From: an uncultured Geobacter sp.
GTDB lineage: Bacteria > Desulfobacterota > Desulfuromonadia > Geobacterales > Geobacteraceae
NCBI GenBank assembly: GCA_903925075.1
Contig: CAIYDQ010000015.1
Location: 33 to 64,032 of the forward strand
Reading direction: 5' to 3'
Length of the DNA: 64,000 nucleotides
The notes below the pieces were generated by a model. The model was not told the origin of the DNA and ran no database searches. It was given only the letters and a program-made list of their open reading frames with translations. Positions 38,555 to 49,131 of the stretch are shown piece by piece. The position numbers were made by a program, and so were the translations under genes. Position 1 is the stretch's first letter; every line of letters starts with the position of its first letter.

Positions 38555-41500
38555 CTGCCCAGTACCCGTTTCATTTCTTCCACCAGTTCTCCCGCGCCCA
38601 GGGGTTTGGAAAGATAGCCGTCAAAGCCGTAGGCCAAGAGCCGTTCCCGCTCCGCGCGCCGCGAATAAGCGGTCAGGGCGATGACCGGCTGGCGCGGCGC
38701 GCTCGACCGCTCCCTTGCGCGGATCCGCCCCAGGGTCTCCTCGTCGCTCATCCCGTCCCCGCGGATATCCATCAGCACCAGGTGAAAGCTCCCCCGTTCC
38801 AGTTGGTCGAGACACGCTCGGCCGTCGGCCACCGAAACCGCCTCGTGACCGAGCTTTCGCAAAAGCGAGACGCCGATGGTGACGTTGACCGGGTTCCCCT
38901 CGACCAGCAGCACGCGCAACGGCGGACCGTCCCAGCTCGCGGCAGGCGCGGCGGCGGCTTCTACTTCGCTGTCGAGCTCGTCGGCAGGGAGGCGCAAGGG
39001 GAGTACGACGGAGAAACAGCTCCCTTGGCCCGGTACGCTTTGCACCGTGATGCTCCCCTGCATCAGTTCCGCCAACTGGCGGCAGATGCTCAGACCCAGG
39101 CCGGAGCCCCCGAAATTGCGGGTGGTGGACTCGTTCTCCTGCACGAAGGTGTTGAAAATCTGGTCCACGGCCCGGGAGGAGATGCCGATGCCGGTGTCGC
39201 GCACCGAGAAGCGCAGGACCGCGCAGGCGTCGCGGCGCTCGATCGCCTGCACCGAGATGGTGATGCCCCCGTGCGAGGTGAACTTGACGGCGTTTCCCAA
39301 GAGGTTGATGAGAATCTGCTTGACCCGCAGTTGATCTCCCACCAGCACGGCGGGCACCTCCCGGTCCACATCGACCTGCAGCGACAGCCCCTTGGTGTAG
39401 ATGGCCGATTTTTGCGTCAGCACCACGGCATCGATGCAGTCGAGCAGGCTGAATTCCATGCATTCCAGCACCATCTTCCTCGCCTCGATCTTGGAGAGGT
39501 CGAGGATGTCGCTGATCAGCGACAACAGGTTCTTGCTGGAGGCGTTCAGGTCCTGCACATACTCTTTCTGCTCCTCGGTCAACTCGGTCAGCGCCAGCAG
39601 CTGGGCCATGCCGGTGACGCCGTTGAGCGGCGTGCGGATTTCATGGCTCATGTTGGCGAGGAAGGCGCTCTTGGCGCGATTGGCGGACTCGGCGGCCATC
39701 TTGGCCTCCTTGAGATCCTCCTCCATCTGCACCAGCTCGCTGATATCCATGTGCTGCACGACGACGTTACTCACCTGCCCCTCGGCGTCCAGCACCGGCG
39801 AGATGGTCACCGCCAGCACGGACTTGGTTTGCCGCGCCAGGGGGAGGTTGTCGAGCCGGGAGGTGTCGTAGGCGAGGGTGAAGCGCGCGGTAACCCCCTT
39901 GTCGAAGACGTCGCGCACCAGCGGCAAAAACCCCTGCTCGGCGACCAACGGGTCGGCCAGGATGTTGTATTTCCCCACCAGTTCCTCGTCGCTTGCCTGG
40001 AATTGGTTTCTCAACGCCTGATTGGCCCGGATCAGGGTGCCGTGACGGTCGGAAATCCACATGTTCAGGGGACTCTGCTCGATCACGCCGTCGAGAAAGG
40101 TCCGGGAAACCTGCAGGGCCTGCTCGGCCAGTTTGCGCTCGGTGACGTCGCGGTGCAGGCACTGGATGAACAGTCCGCCTCCCAGGGATACCAGGCAAGC
40201 CGACGCCTCCAGCGCGAAAAGATGGCCGTCCCGATGACGGTGCTCGACCTCGAAGACCGCGGTCTCGCCGGCGAAAATGCGCTCCCTGCGCTCCGCGGGC
40301 TCGGGGAAATTCGCGCAGGCGTCGAGCTCGTTTATGCTCATGCCGACCATCTCCTGCGCGCCGTAGCCGTGCATCTGGGCAAAGGACTCGTTGACCTCGA
40401 TCAGCACGCCGTCGGTGGACATGATCAAGATCCCCTCCCTGGCGTTGTCGAACAGCACCCGGTAGCGGTTTTCGCTCTCCTGCAAGGCCATTTCCGCGTG
40501 CTTGCTCTGGGTTTCATCGCGCGCCGTGGCGTAGGCGGTTCGCCCGTCCCGGTCGTAGTCGGTGCGCCAGCAGAGCCAGCGCACGGAGCCGTCCTTGCAG
40601 AGGCAACGGTTCTTGAAGTCGATGCTGTAGCCCGTTTCCAGCTGGTGCCTGAGCACTTCCAGGGTCGCTTGCCGATCGTCGGGATGCACGAAATCGAGAA
40701 ACGGTCTCGACACCAACTCCGCTTCGCAATAGCCGAGCGTCTCCGAGAAAGCGGGGTTGGTGCGCCTGAAGGCGCCGGTGTGGTCGGCAATGCACATCAG
40801 GTCGGAGGAGGCCGTGAAAAACTTGAAGAACTGTTCGCGCTCCGCCTCCAGCCGCTTGCGCTCGGTGACGTCGGTCATGATGGAGGTGAACTCCCCCGGC
40901 AGCGGACTGTAGGCGTAAACGGCAAGATACTGCCCGCTTGACTCGAGAAACGACTCGAAGGTGATCTCGCCCCCTTCCAGTCCCACCTTGCCCAAGACGC
41001 CGATGTAATCGAACTCGTACTGCTCCACGCCCGGAAAGACCTCCCTGACGCTGCGCCCCTCGATGTCGGCCTTGCCGATGCCGATGATGCGTTCATAGGC
41101 CTCGTTCACCTGCAGGATCAGGTAATCGACGGGCCGGCCGCTGGCGTCGGCGACGACCCGGCAGTGAGCGATGGCGTTCTGCTTGTTGGCGAACAAGGCC
41201 GAGTAGCGGCGGTCGCTCTCCTGGAGTCTCGCGTGCCGGGAGCGGAGCAGATCGGAGGCCTGCGCCAGGGCCGCGGCGACCTCGCCGGTCTCCTTGATGG
41301 TCCGGGCGCCGTCGTGGGTCGCGGCCGGCTCCCCGCGCCCCAGGGCCGTGGCGGACTCCACCAGCGCCTGCATGGCTCTGGCGATCCTGCTGGCGAAACC
41401 GACCGCCAAGGCGACGCCGAACAGGGAAATGCCGGCGACCGCGGCAATCCCCCAAAAAAGCCAGCGGTACACCTCCGCCAGGACCGAGGCTTTGGGCACG

Positions 41501-42297
41501 CCGACAAAGACGCTCCAGCCGGACACCGCCGAGCGGACGAAACTGACGGAAACGATCTGGCCGTCGAGATTTTTCCCCGTTTCCACGGTCCCTTCGGAGG
41601 CGAGCGACAGGGCCTTGGCAAGCTTCGGGTTGGCGCTGCGCCCCTGGTAGCGCTTGGAGTCGCGGGACCTCGCCACCAGCAGATTCCTGCTGTCGAGGAT
41701 CGAACCGTAGCGCTCTCCGGTCAGCCGCCGACTCAACAGGAACGAGGCGGTCAGCCGCTCCGGGGGAAAGGTCATGGACAGATCGTAAGCCACCTTTCCC
41801 CCGACAAAAACGGGGACGTCGATGCCGATCAGCGCCTTATGGGTGATGGCGCCGTAAAAAAGGTCACTGACCTCCGGCTTGCCAGTGGCAAAGACGCGTC
41901 GCACGGTTTGGGGATTGTTGCGTTTGGGCAGCGGCACGCCGTAGGGACGAAAACTGTTGATCAGTTGCTGTCCGTCGGCGTCGGCGACGATGAGGTCCGC
42001 GTCGGGGTAGGACTGCAACAGCACGAGAGCCTGGCGGTGCAGGGCGGCGAAATCCCCGGCGGCAAAGGAGGGGGAGGTGGCGAACGCCTGGAGAGCGGCC
42101 TGGACTCCGGTGAGTTCCCTGTCGAGGACTATGGCGAGGGAGCGCGCCGACTCTCGCGTGCTCTCGTTTACTTGCTCGAGTTTGGCGGTGTAGGCATGGA
42201 AGAGAAGCAAGCCGGAGGCGACCCAGACGGGGAGCACGGCGGCGATCACCAGGCGGGCCAATTGGGAGCGGAGAGTCAGGGGAGCTTTGGAAGCCAA
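38551..42297 (-). CDS. Hybrid sensor histidine kinase (TM, periplasmic Cache-like domain, HAMP, multiple PAS, HisKA, HATPase_c, receiver)
   Basis: H-box [17 protein letters not shown]-box [13 protein letters not shown], and a receiver [27 protein letters not shown] with an atypical sequence after the phospho-Asp. TTG start 5 nt behind AGGAGG. Confidence 0.9.
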   Translation of the reverse strand: MASKAPLTLRSQLARLVIAAVLPVWVASGLLLFHAYTAKLEQVNESTRESARSLAIVLDRELTGVQAALQAFATSPSFAAGDFAALHRQALVLLQSYPDADLIVADADGQQLINSFRPYGVPLPKRNNPQTVRRVFATGKPEVSDLFYGAITHKALIGIDVPVFVGGKVAYDLSMTFPPERLTASFLLSRRLTGERYGSILDSRNLLVARSRDSKRYQGRSANPKLAKALSLASEGTVETGKNLDGQIVSVSFVRSAVSGWSVFVGVPKASVLAEVYRWLFWGIAAVAGISLFGVALAVGFASRIARAMQALVESATALGRGEPAATHDGARTIKETGEVAAALAQASDLLRSRHARLQESDRRYSALFANKQNAIAHCRVVADASGRPVDYLILQVNEAYERIIGIGKADIEGRSVREVFPGVEQYEFDYIGVLGKVGLEGGEITFESFLESSGQYLAVYAYSPLPGEFTSIMTDVTERKRLEAEREQFFKFFTASSDLMCIADHTGAFRRTNPAFSETLGYCEAELVSRPFLDFVHPDDRQATLEVLRHQLETGYSIDFKNRCLCKDGSVRWLCWRTDYDRDGRTAYATARDETQSKHAEMALQESENRYRVLFDNAREGILIMSTDGVLIEVNESFAQMHGYGAQEMVGMSINELDACANFPEPAERRERIFAGETAVFEVEHRHRDGHLFALEASACLVSLGGGLFIQCLHRDVTERKLAEQALQVSRTFLDGVIEQSPLNMWISDRHGTLIRANQALRNQFQASDEELVGKYNILADPLVAEQGFLPLVRDVFDKGVTARFTLAYDTSRLDNLPLARQTKSVLAVTISPVLDAEGQVSNVVVQHMDISELVQMEEDLKEAKMAAESANRAKSAFLANMSHEIRTPLNGVTGMAQLLALTELTEEQKEYVQDLNASSKNLLSLISDILDLSKIEARKMVLECMEFSLLDCIDAVVLTQKSAIYTKGLSLQVDVDREVPAVLVGDQLRVKQILINLLGNAVKFTSHGGITISVQAIERRDACAVLRFSVRDTGIGISSRAVDQIFNTFVQENESTTRNFGGSGLGLSICRQLAELMQGSITVQSVPGQGSCFSVVLPLRLPADELDSEVEAAAAPAASWDGPPLRVLLVEGNPVNVTIGVSLLRKLGHEAVSVADGRACLDQLERGSFHLVLMDIRGDGMSDEETLGRIRARERSSAPRQPVIALTAYSRRAERERLLAYGFDGYLSKPLGAGELVEEMKRVLGR

Positions 42298-42488
42298 TCG
42301 AACCTCCTGTTTTTGGCCCGCAGGCGGCGCCTCTCCCGGCCGGACGCCCGGCGCAAAGAAAGAAGGCGCGCGGATCCAGGCTACTCCCGGCGGCCTCCGT
42401 CGCCTTCGCCGGAGTTCATTAAGCCCGCAGGCCGCAGCCTACTCTTAGCACATTTTTCGCGGGGGAGATACCAAAATGCCGCCCCGCC

Positions 42489-42608
42489 GCGACACATGAG
42501 ATAATTCGGAATAATTCTTCGACAAAGTTGAGCAAATTCGGGCTCATAAGACCTGTGATCAGCTAGTTACGCCGAATTCCGGCGCGCCGGAATTCGCGCT
42601 TTTTTAAT
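42489..42608 (+). ncRNA. Copy 2 of the ~118-nt module: candidate small RNA ending in an intrinsic terminator (hypothesis)
   Basis: The 22-bp perfect palindrome GAATTCCGGCGCGCCGGAATTC (42574-42595) is followed on the plus strand by GCGCTTTTTT. It is ~90% identical to the reverse complement of 1178-1295 and has no conserved ORF. Confidence 0.4.
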
Positions 42609-42655
42609 GTGCCAGCCGGCAGCGCTTTCGTCGCCGGCGCCCCCCGTTCAAGTTG

Positions 42656-42718
42656 GTAGGTTGCGTTGAACGGGTACATCGTGAAACGCAACATCGCGCT
42701 GGTGCCACCATGGCAACT
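42656..42718 (+). repeat. REP-like element (single arm plus central part)
   Basis: GTAGGTTGCGTTGAACGGGTACATCGTGAAACGCAAC, followed by ..GGTGCCACCATGGCAAC, which resembles the centre of the 91-bp elements. Confidence 0.7.
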
Positions 42719-42805
42719 CCCCTTGCGGGAGGGGGAGCTCTTGGCAAAAGCTTAACTTAACGGCCCCAACCCCTCCCATAACGGCAGGCAAAGCCGACGG
42801 CCGGC

Positions 42806-42841
42806 AAAAAAAACGGGGCGAAAGGTTCCCCTCTCGCCCCG
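42806..42841 (-). terminator. Rho-independent terminator of the sdh/frd operon
   Basis: The minus strand reads CGGGGCGAGAGGGGAACCTTTCGCCCCG followed by TTTTTTTT, about 40 nt after the iron-sulfur subunit stop. Confidence 0.7.
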
Positions 42842-42879
42842 CAACCGCTTCATTGCAGTTTTAAAACGCTTCGTTCCAG

Positions 42880-43620
42880 CTACTTGAACAGGGCCTTCTG
42901 GTACTCCCTGTTCAGCTTGGCGATGAACTTGACGCTGATCCCTTTCGGGCAGGCGGCCTGGCACTCGTAATGGTTCGAGCAGTTGCCGAAGCCGTTGGCC
43001 TGCATGGCGTCGGTCATGTTGCAGACGCGCTCGGCCGCTTCCGCCTGGCCCTGCGGCAGGGAGGCCAACTGCGCCACCTTGGCCGAAGTGAAGAGCATGG
43101 CGGAGCCGTTGGGGCAGGCCGCGATGCAGGCGCCGCAGCCGATGCACTCGGCGGCGTCCATGGCGTAGTCGGCGACGGGCTTCGGCACCAGGATGGCGTT
43201 GCCGTCGGCAACCCCGCCGGTGTGGCAGGAGGTGTAGCCGCCGGCCTGGATGATGCGCTCCATGGCGGAGCGGTCGACGATCAGGTCCTTGATGATCGGG
43301 AAGGCCAGCGCGCGCCAAGGCTCGATGTAGATGGCGTCGCCGTCCTTGAACTTCCTCATGTGCAGCTGGCAGACGGTGGTGCGCTCCTGGCCGCCGTGGG
43401 GCACGCCGTTGATCACCTGCGAGCACATGCCGCAGATCCCTTCGCGGCAGTCGTGGTCGAAGACGATCGGGTCCTTGCCGGTCTTGATGAGCGTATCGTT
43501 TACTTCGTCGAGCATTTCCAGGAAGGACTGGTCGGGGCTCACGTTCTTAGCCTCGTACTGCTCCAGCTTACCCGGCTCCTTGGGCCCCTTTTGGCGCCAT
43601 ACGTGTAGTATAAGATTCAT
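42880..43620 (-). CDS. sdhB: Succinate dehydrogenase/fumarate reductase iron-sulfur subunit
   Basis: ..[10 protein letters not shown].. (2Fe-2S), ..[12 protein letters not shown].. and ..[15 protein letters not shown].. (4Fe-4S / 3Fe-4S). Confidence 0.95.
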   Translation of the reverse strand: MNLILHVWRQKGPKEPGKLEQYEAKNVSPDQSFLEMLDEVNDTLIKTGKDPIVFDHDCREGICGMCSQVINGVPHGGQERTTVCQLHMRKFKDGDAIYIEPWRALAFPIIKDLIVDRSAMERIIQAGGYTSCHTGGVADGNAILVPKPVADYAMDAAECIGCGACIAACPNGSAMLFTSAKVAQLASLPQGQAEAAERVCNMTDAMQANGFGNCSNHYECQAACPKGISVKFIAKLNREYQKALFK

Positions 43621-45533
43621 TATTTATAGCTCCTTACCGCAAGATGAACATTATCGAAGGTCAACGGCTCCTTGTGCAGCTCCGGCTCGGCGTTGACGCC
43701 CTTGAACTCCCAGGCCGCCGCGTAGCAGAAGTTCTCGTCGTCGCGCATCGCCTCGCCGTCCGGCATCTGGTACTCGGTCCGGAAGTGGCCGCCGCAGGAC
43801 TCTTTCCTGTGCAGTGCGTCCTTGGCCAAGAGCTCGCCGAACTCCAGGAAGTCGGCGACGCGTCCCGCGTTCTCCAGCTCCTGGTTCAGCTCGACGCCGG
43901 TCCCGGTCACCTTGACGTTCTTCCAGAACTCCTCGCGCAGCACCGGAATCTTCTTGATGGCCTCTTTCAGGCTCTGCTCGCTTCTGGCCATGCCGACGTT
44001 TTCCCACATGATCTTGCCCAGCTCGCGGTGGAACTCGGAGACCGTCTTCTTGCCGTTGATGGCCAAGAGCTTGTTGGTCGCGCCCTTAACGTCCTCGATC
44101 GACTTCTTGCACTCGGGGTTGTCGGCCTTGACCGTGCCCGGCTTGATCTTGGCCAGGTAGTTGGCGATGGTGTAGGGGATGACGTAGTAGCCGTCGGCCA
44201 GACCCTGCATGAGCGCGGAGGCGCCCAGGCGGTTGGCGCCGTGCACCGAGAAGTTCGCCTCGCCCAGGACGAAGAGGCCGGGGACGTTGCTCTCGCAGTT
44301 GTAGTCGACCCAGAGACCGCCCATGGCGTAGTGGGGGGCCGGGTACATGCGCATCGGCACCTTGTAGGCGTTCTCGTCGGTGATCTTCTCGTACATCTCG
44401 AAAAGGTTGCCGTAGCGCTCGCGGATGGTGTCCTCGCCCAGACGCTTGATGGAGTCGGCGAAGTCGAGGTTGACGCCGCGGCCGCCGGGGCCCACGCCGC
44501 GTCCCGCGTCGCACTGCTCCTTGGCCGCGCGCGAGGCGATGTCGCGGGGTGCGAGGTTGCCGTAGGAGGGGTACTTCCTCTCCAGGTAGTAGTCGCGGTC
44601 CTCGTCCGGGATCTCGTTGGCCGGGCGGTTGTCGCCGGCCTTCTTGGGCGCCCAGCAGCGGCCGTCGTTCCTGAGCGACTCGGACATCAGGGTCAGCTTG
44701 GACTGATGCTCGCCGGACTGCGGGATGCAGGTCGGATGGATCTGGGTGTAGCAGGGGTTGGCGAAGAAGGCCCCTTTCTTGTGGGCGCGCCAGTTGGCGG
44801 TGACCGAGCACCCCATGGCGTTGGTGGAGAGATAGAAGACGTTCACGTAGCCGCCGGTGGCGAGCACCACGGCGTCGCCCACGTGGCAGCGGACCTCGCC
44901 GGTCACCAGGTCGCGCACCGTGATCCCCTTGGCCTCGCCGTCCACCACCACCAGGTCGAGCATCTCGGTCCTGGCGAAGAGCTTGACGGAGCCGGCCTTG
45001 ACCTGGCGCGACAGCGCGGAGTAGGCGCCCAAAAGGAGCTGCTGGCCGGTCTGGCCGCGGGCGAAGAAGGTACGCGACACCTGGGCGCCGCCGAAGGAGC
45101 GGTTGTCCAGATAACCTGCGTAGTCGCGGGCGAAGGGGACGCCCTGCGCCACGCACTGGTCGATGATGTCGTTGGAGACCTGGGCCAGACGCCAGACGTC
45201 GGCCTCGCGGGCCCGGAAGTCGCCCCCCTTGATGGTGTCGTAGAACAGGCGGTAGATGCTGTCGCCGTCGTTGGGGTAGTTCTTGGCGGCGTTGATCCCG
45301 CCCTGAGCGGCGATGGAGTGGGCGCGGCGCGCCGAGTCCTGGTAGCAGAAAGCCTCTACGTTGTAGCCGAGTTCGCCCAAAGATGCCGCGGCGGCGCCGC
45401 CGGCCAGGCCGGTGCCGACTACCAGGATCTTGTATTTGCGCTTGTTGGCGGGGTTTACCAGCTTCATGTCAAAGCGGTGTCTGTCCCACGAGGTCTGAAT
45501 CGGTCCTTTCGGACATTTTCCGTCGAGTATCAC
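43620..45533 (-). CDS. sdhA: Succinate dehydrogenase/fumarate reductase flavoprotein subunit
   Basis: FAD-binding [17 protein letters not shown], ..[15 protein letters not shown].. and ..[10 protein letters not shown]... GTG start. Confidence 0.95.
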   Translation of the reverse strand: MILDGKCPKGPIQTSWDRHRFDMKLVNPANKRKYKILVVGTGLAGGAAAASLGELGYNVEAFCYQDSARRAHSIAAQGGINAAKNYPNDGDSIYRLFYDTIKGGDFRAREADVWRLAQVSNDIIDQCVAQGVPFARDYAGYLDNRSFGGAQVSRTFFARGQTGQQLLLGAYSALSRQVKAGSVKLFARTEMLDLVVVDGEAKGITVRDLVTGEVRCHVGDAVVLATGGYVNVFYLSTNAMGCSVTANWRAHKKGAFFANPCYTQIHPTCIPQSGEHQSKLTLMSESLRNDGRCWAPKKAGDNRPANEIPDEDRDYYLERKYPSYGNLAPRDIASRAAKEQCDAGRGVGPGGRGVNLDFADSIKRLGEDTIRERYGNLFEMYEKITDENAYKVPMRMYPAPHYAMGGLWVDYNCESNVPGLFVLGEANFSVHGANRLGASALMQGLADGYYVIPYTIANYLAKIKPGTVKADNPECKKSIEDVKGATNKLLAINGKKTVSEFHRELGKIMWENVGMARSEQSLKEAIKKIPVLREEFWKNVKVTGTGVELNQELENAGRVADFLEFGELLAKDALHRKESCGGHFRTEYQMPDGEAMRDDENFCYAAAWEFKGVNAEPELHKEPLTFDNVHLAVRSYK

Positions 45534-45542
45534 TTGAACCCC

Positions 45543-46208
45543 CTAAAGTTTCAATAAGCCAGCTAAGATGACGACAGGTATGGAGATGTAGGCGAGCATG
45601 AGGACGGCGGAGATCACCTTGCCCCCCGTGCTGAAGACCGGGATGGTCTTGTCGTTGTTCCAGCCCATGGTTTGCAGAAAGCTCGGGATGCCGTGGGAGA
45701 GGTGGAGAAACAGCATCACCATGGCGATCATGTAGGTGAGCGAGATCAGCGCGTGGCCGAAGCTGGTGACCACCATCTTGAAGACGTCAACCCTGTTTGC
45801 CGCATCCATGCCGACCACCACGTCCGGGGTGCCGTGAATGGTGAACTGCGCCAGATGATAGACGATGAAGCAGCCGAGCAGCGCTCCGGTCCAGACCATG
45901 TTCTCCGAGGCGAAGCTCGCCTTCAGCTGCCTTTTCACCGCGTAGGCGCCGGGGTTGGCGGCCTTGTTCTCCAGGGTGAGCATCACGCCGTAGCAGATGT
46001 GCACGGAGACGGCGGCCAGCATCACCAGCCGGAAGAGCCAGACCAGCGGCGGCAGGCTGTGCAGGTGCTCGGCGTAGGCGTTGATGCCGGCCGGGCCGAA
46101 GAAGATCGTGGAGTTCCCGATCAGGTGGATGAGGACGAAGATGATCAGCAGTTGACCCGTGATGGACATCAGGATCTTTCTTCCGACGGAACCAGTTAAT
46201 ATTCGCAT
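45543..46208 (-). CDS. sdhC: Succinate dehydrogenase/fumarate reductase cytochrome b membrane subunit (single-anchor, type B)
   Basis: Five predicted TM helices with conserved His residues (..IHLIGNS.., ..AEHLHS.., ..LHLSHGIPS..). The start is chosen at the ATG at 46208; the track ORF starts at 46238. Confidence 0.85.
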   Translation of the reverse strand: MRILTGSVGRKILMSITGQLLIIFVLIHLIGNSTIFFGPAGINAYAEHLHSLPPLVWLFRLVMLAAVSVHICYGVMLTLENKAANPGAYAVKRQLKASFASENMVWTGALLGCFIVYHLAQFTIHGTPDVVVGMDAANRVDVFKMVVTSFGHALISLTYMIAMVMLFLHLSHGIPSFLQTMGWNNDKTIPVFSTGGKVISAVLMLAYISIPVVILAGLLKL

Positions 46209-46661
46209 GTTTTTTGTCCCTTTGCGTTTAGTCGACAATCGGTTGGGGTAGTTTGCAGCTTGTGCGTACGCCGGAGGGGCTGTGGAATGCCTGCCCGACC
46301 CGGAAAAAGGGGCGGACTCGCGGTTTCCGCTCTCACACCGATGGGGGTGCGCGCCACGGACTCAATGCCTGCATTTCATCTCTCTCCTTTAATATCATGA
46401 TTAAATTACCTGCAAGCGGATGCGAGGTAGGCAGCATTAAATGGAGCCTTACAACCGCGCATATTAAACGCCGTTATACCGAAATGCAACAGTTTTCTGT
46501 ATACAGCATACAATTAATGTGGCTTCCCTCCCCGCTGCCGGCGCGCGGTTCCCGGCCGGCTCGGCCATCCGGCGCTCCCGTTGCTGTTGCTTTTTGCGCC
46601 CCGCTCTGTTAATTAAGTTAGTGGCGTAGAGAATAAAATCACCGGAACAATCGGAAGGTTC

Positions 46662-47768
46662 ATGATATTCAAATTGCTCAAGAAGGACCGCAACTCCGGG
46701 GCGCGCCGCGGCGCGCTCACCACCCCCCACGGCGAGATCCAGACCCCCATCTTCATGCCGGTCGCGACCCACGCGGCCATGAAGGCGATGACCCCCCTGC
46801 AGGTGCGGGAAACCGGGGCGCAGATCATACTCTCCAACACCTACCACCTGCACCTGCACCCGGGCGAGACCCTGGTGCAAAAGGCCGGCGGGCTGCACAG
46901 GTTCATGGGGTGGGACGGCCCGATCCTCACCGACTCCGGCGGTTTCCAGGTGTTTTCGCTCCCCAACAAGCGGATCACCGAGGAGGGCGCCTTCTTCCGC
47001 CACGAGGACACCGGCGAGGAGGTGTTCCTCGACCCGGCCAAGGCGATCGGCATCCAGGAGGCGCTGGGCGCCGACATCATCATGAATTTCGACGAGTGCA
47101 TCCCCTACCCCTGCGACAAGGGGTACGCCGAGCGCTCCACCGAGAAGACCATCCGCTGGGCCAAGCAGTGCCTGGACGCCCAGACCAGGAGCGACCAGCT
47201 GCTGTTCGGCATCGTGCAGGGGAGCGTCTACGAGGACCTGAGGAAGCGCTGCGCGCAGGCGCTGGTGAAGATGGATTTCCCCGGCTACGCCATCGGCGGC
47301 GTCTCGGTCGGCGAGGGGCTGGAACTCTTGAAGCAGGTGGTCGGCTACACCACCCCCTACCTTCCCGAGGACAAGCCGCGCTACCTGATGGGAGTGGGGC
47401 TCCCGGAGGACATCCTGGAGAGCGTGGAGCGCGGCATCGACATGTTCGACTGCGTGATACCCACCCGCTATGCGCGCAGCGCCACCCTGTTCACCAACCG
47501 CGGCAGGATCAGGCTCACCAACAAGAACTACCGGCGCGATTTTTATCCGGTCGAGCCCAACTGCAGCTGCTACACCTGCAGGAACTTCACCCGCGCCTAT
47601 CTGCACCACCTGTTCACCGCCAACGAAGTGCTCTCGGCGATCCTGGCGAGCATCCACAACGTCCATTTCTATCTGAACATGATGGCCGAGGTGCGCGAGT
47701 CCATCGAGCAGGGGCGCTTCAAGGCGTACAAGGAGGAGTTCCTGGCCTCCTACCTGAAGTCGAAGTAG
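46662..47768 (+). CDS. tgt: Queuine tRNA-ribosyltransferase
   Basis: ..ARRGALTTPHGEIQTPIFMPV.., ..ILSNTYHL.., ..TDSGGFQV.., and zinc site CSCYTCRNFTRAYLHHL. Confidence 0.96.
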   Translation: MIFKLLKKDRNSGARRGALTTPHGEIQTPIFMPVATHAAMKAMTPLQVRETGAQIILSNTYHLHLHPGETLVQKAGGLHRFMGWDGPILTDSGGFQVFSLPNKRITEEGAFFRHEDTGEEVFLDPAKAIGIQEALGADIIMNFDECIPYPCDKGYAERSTEKTIRWAKQCLDAQTRSDQLLFGIVQGSVYEDLRKRCAQALVKMDFPGYAIGGVSVGEGLELLKQVVGYTTPYLPEDKPRYLMGVGLPEDILESVERGIDMFDCVIPTRYARSATLFTNRGRIRLTNKNYRRDFYPVEPNCSCYTCRNFTRAYLHHLFTANEVLSAILASIHNVHFYLNMMAEVRESIEQGRFKAYKEEFLASYLKSK

Positions 47769-47792
47769 CGCATGAGCCCTTGGGGAATATCC

Positions 47793-48194
47793 ATGAAGCG
47801 CCTTCTGCCGCGGGCCGTCTCCCTGATCTTGCTGGCCATGCTGGTTGCCGCCTGCTCGGGCGAGCATCGGGGGAAGCAGTGGGCCGCCAAGAAGCGGGCC
47901 AGGGAGGCCAAGCAGCAGGGTGAGCGGGGGGAGCATGGGGAGCAGGGGCCGAGCACGCCCCCCGGAGAGACGCTTTTCGCCGAGAACTGCCGGAAGTGCC
48001 ACAAGGTGGGGGCCAAGGGGGGAGCCATCGGCCCGGACCTCTCCGCCATCGGCAGGACGCGGGACGGCCAGTATCTTGAGCAGGTGCTGCGCCAGCCGTC
48101 CCAGGTCTTTCCCGGCACCGTCATGCCCCCCTTCGACAACCTGTCGGCGGAGCAGATCAACAACCTGGTCGACTACCTGCTGAGCCTGAAGTAG
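47793..48194 (+). CDS. Class I c-type cytochrome, lipoprotein
   Basis: Lipobox LLAMLVAACSG, haem motif CRKCH, and a distal ..GTVMPPF.. Met ligand region. Confidence 0.8.
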   Translation: MKRLLPRAVSLILLAMLVAACSGEHRGKQWAAKKRAREAKQQGERGEHGEQGPSTPPGETLFAENCRKCHKVGAKGGAIGPDLSAIGRTRDGQYLEQVLRQPSQVFPGTVMPPFDNLSAEQINNLVDYLLSLK

Positions 48195-48238
48195 CGGAGA
48201 GCTGGCAGACTACCTGCTGAGCCTGAAGTAGCGGAGAG
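48171..48238 (+). repeat. Perfect 31-bp direct duplication of the cytochrome c 3' end, including the stop
   Basis: GACTACCTGCTGAGCCTGAAGTAGCGGAGAG occurs at 48171-48201 and again at 48208-48238, with the spacer CTGGCA between the copies. Confidence 0.95.
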
Positions 48239-48245
48239 AACGAAC

Positions 48246-49046
48246 ATGCACACGGACAACGATCGGCATCAGCATCGATTCGAGCGACTCATGGAGATCA
48301 TGCGCCGGCTGCGCGGACCCGGCGGCTGCCCCTGGGACGCCGAGCAAAGCCACGAATCGCTCAAGCGCTACCTGCTGGAAGAGGCCTACGAGGTGATCGA
48401 GGCGATCGACGCGGGAGAGCCCGCCCACCTCAAGGAGGAATTGGGCGACCTGTTGCTGCAGCCGGTGTTTCACGCGGCCATCGCCGAGGAAAGGGGCGAC
48501 TTCACCATGGACGAGGTGCTGGACGCCATCAACGAGAAGCTGATCCGCCGCCACCCGCACGTCTTCGGCGAGGAGGTGATCGAAACCAGCCAGGCGCAGG
48601 TGGAAAACTGGGAGAAGATCAAGAAGCAGGAGCAGGGGGTGCTAAGGAAGTCGGCGCTCTCCGGGATTCCCCCTCAGCTCCCGGCCCTGATGAAGGCGCA
48701 GAAGATCACCGAGAAGGCGGCGCGGGTCGGTTTCGACTGGGAGCACACCGACCAGGTTTTCGCCAAGGTGATGGAGGAGTTGCACGAATTCGAAGAGGCG
48801 ATGCTCTCCGGCGACCAAAAGGAGATGGAGTCGGAGCTGGGCGACCTGCTGTTCGCCATCGTCAACCTGGGGCGCTTCCTCGCCATCGACCCGGAGGAGG
48901 CGCTCAGCAAGACCATCCGGCGCTTCACCACGCGCTTCAGCCATGTCGAGGACACCCTGCACGCCCGCGGCCAGGCCATGCAGTCGGCAACCTTGGCGGA
49001 GATGGACGTCCTCTGGGAAGAGGCGAAGACCATGGAGAGGGACTGA
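48246..49046 (+). CDS. mazG: Nucleoside triphosphate pyrophosphohydrolase MazG
   Basis: ..LMEIMRRLRGPGGCPWDAEQSHESLKRYLLEEAYEV.EAI.. and ..EELGDLLLQ... A second MazG repeat contains ..ELGDLLFAIVNL... Confidence 0.93.
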   Translation: MHTDNDRHQHRFERLMEIMRRLRGPGGCPWDAEQSHESLKRYLLEEAYEVIEAIDAGEPAHLKEELGDLLLQPVFHAAIAEERGDFTMDEVLDAINEKLIRRHPHVFGEEVIETSQAQVENWEKIKKQEQGVLRKSALSGIPPQLPALMKAQKITEKAARVGFDWEHTDQVFAKVMEELHEFEEAMLSGDQKEMESELGDLLFAIVNLGRFLAIDPEEALSKTIRRFTTRFSHVEDTLHARGQAMQSATLAEMDVLWEEAKTMERD

Positions 49047-49097
49047 CCAATTGTGAATTAATTGTGAATTAACGAGGTTTTTTAGCAGGCTACGGGA

Positions 49098-49131
49098 TTT
49101 TCCACTTTTTTTGTGGATAAGGTGTGGACAA
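49098..49131. promoter_or_regulatory. Cluster of three DnaA-box-like 9-mers in an AT-rich spacer
   Basis: TGTGGATAA (49112-49120) is a perfect reverse complement of TTATCCACA. TGTGGACAA (49123-49131) has 1 mismatch. TTTTCCACT (49098-49106) has 2 mismatches. An 11-bp tandem ATTGTGAATTA x2 lies at 49050-49071. Confidence 0.45.

Noticed and set aside
42596-42620. Sigma54 promoter (minus-strand TGGCACATTAAAAAAGC) next to module copy 2
   Set aside because: The GG-to-GC spacing is two nucleotides longer than the TGGCAC-N5-TTGC consensus and the -12 element is AAGC. Copy 1 lacks the TGGCAC.
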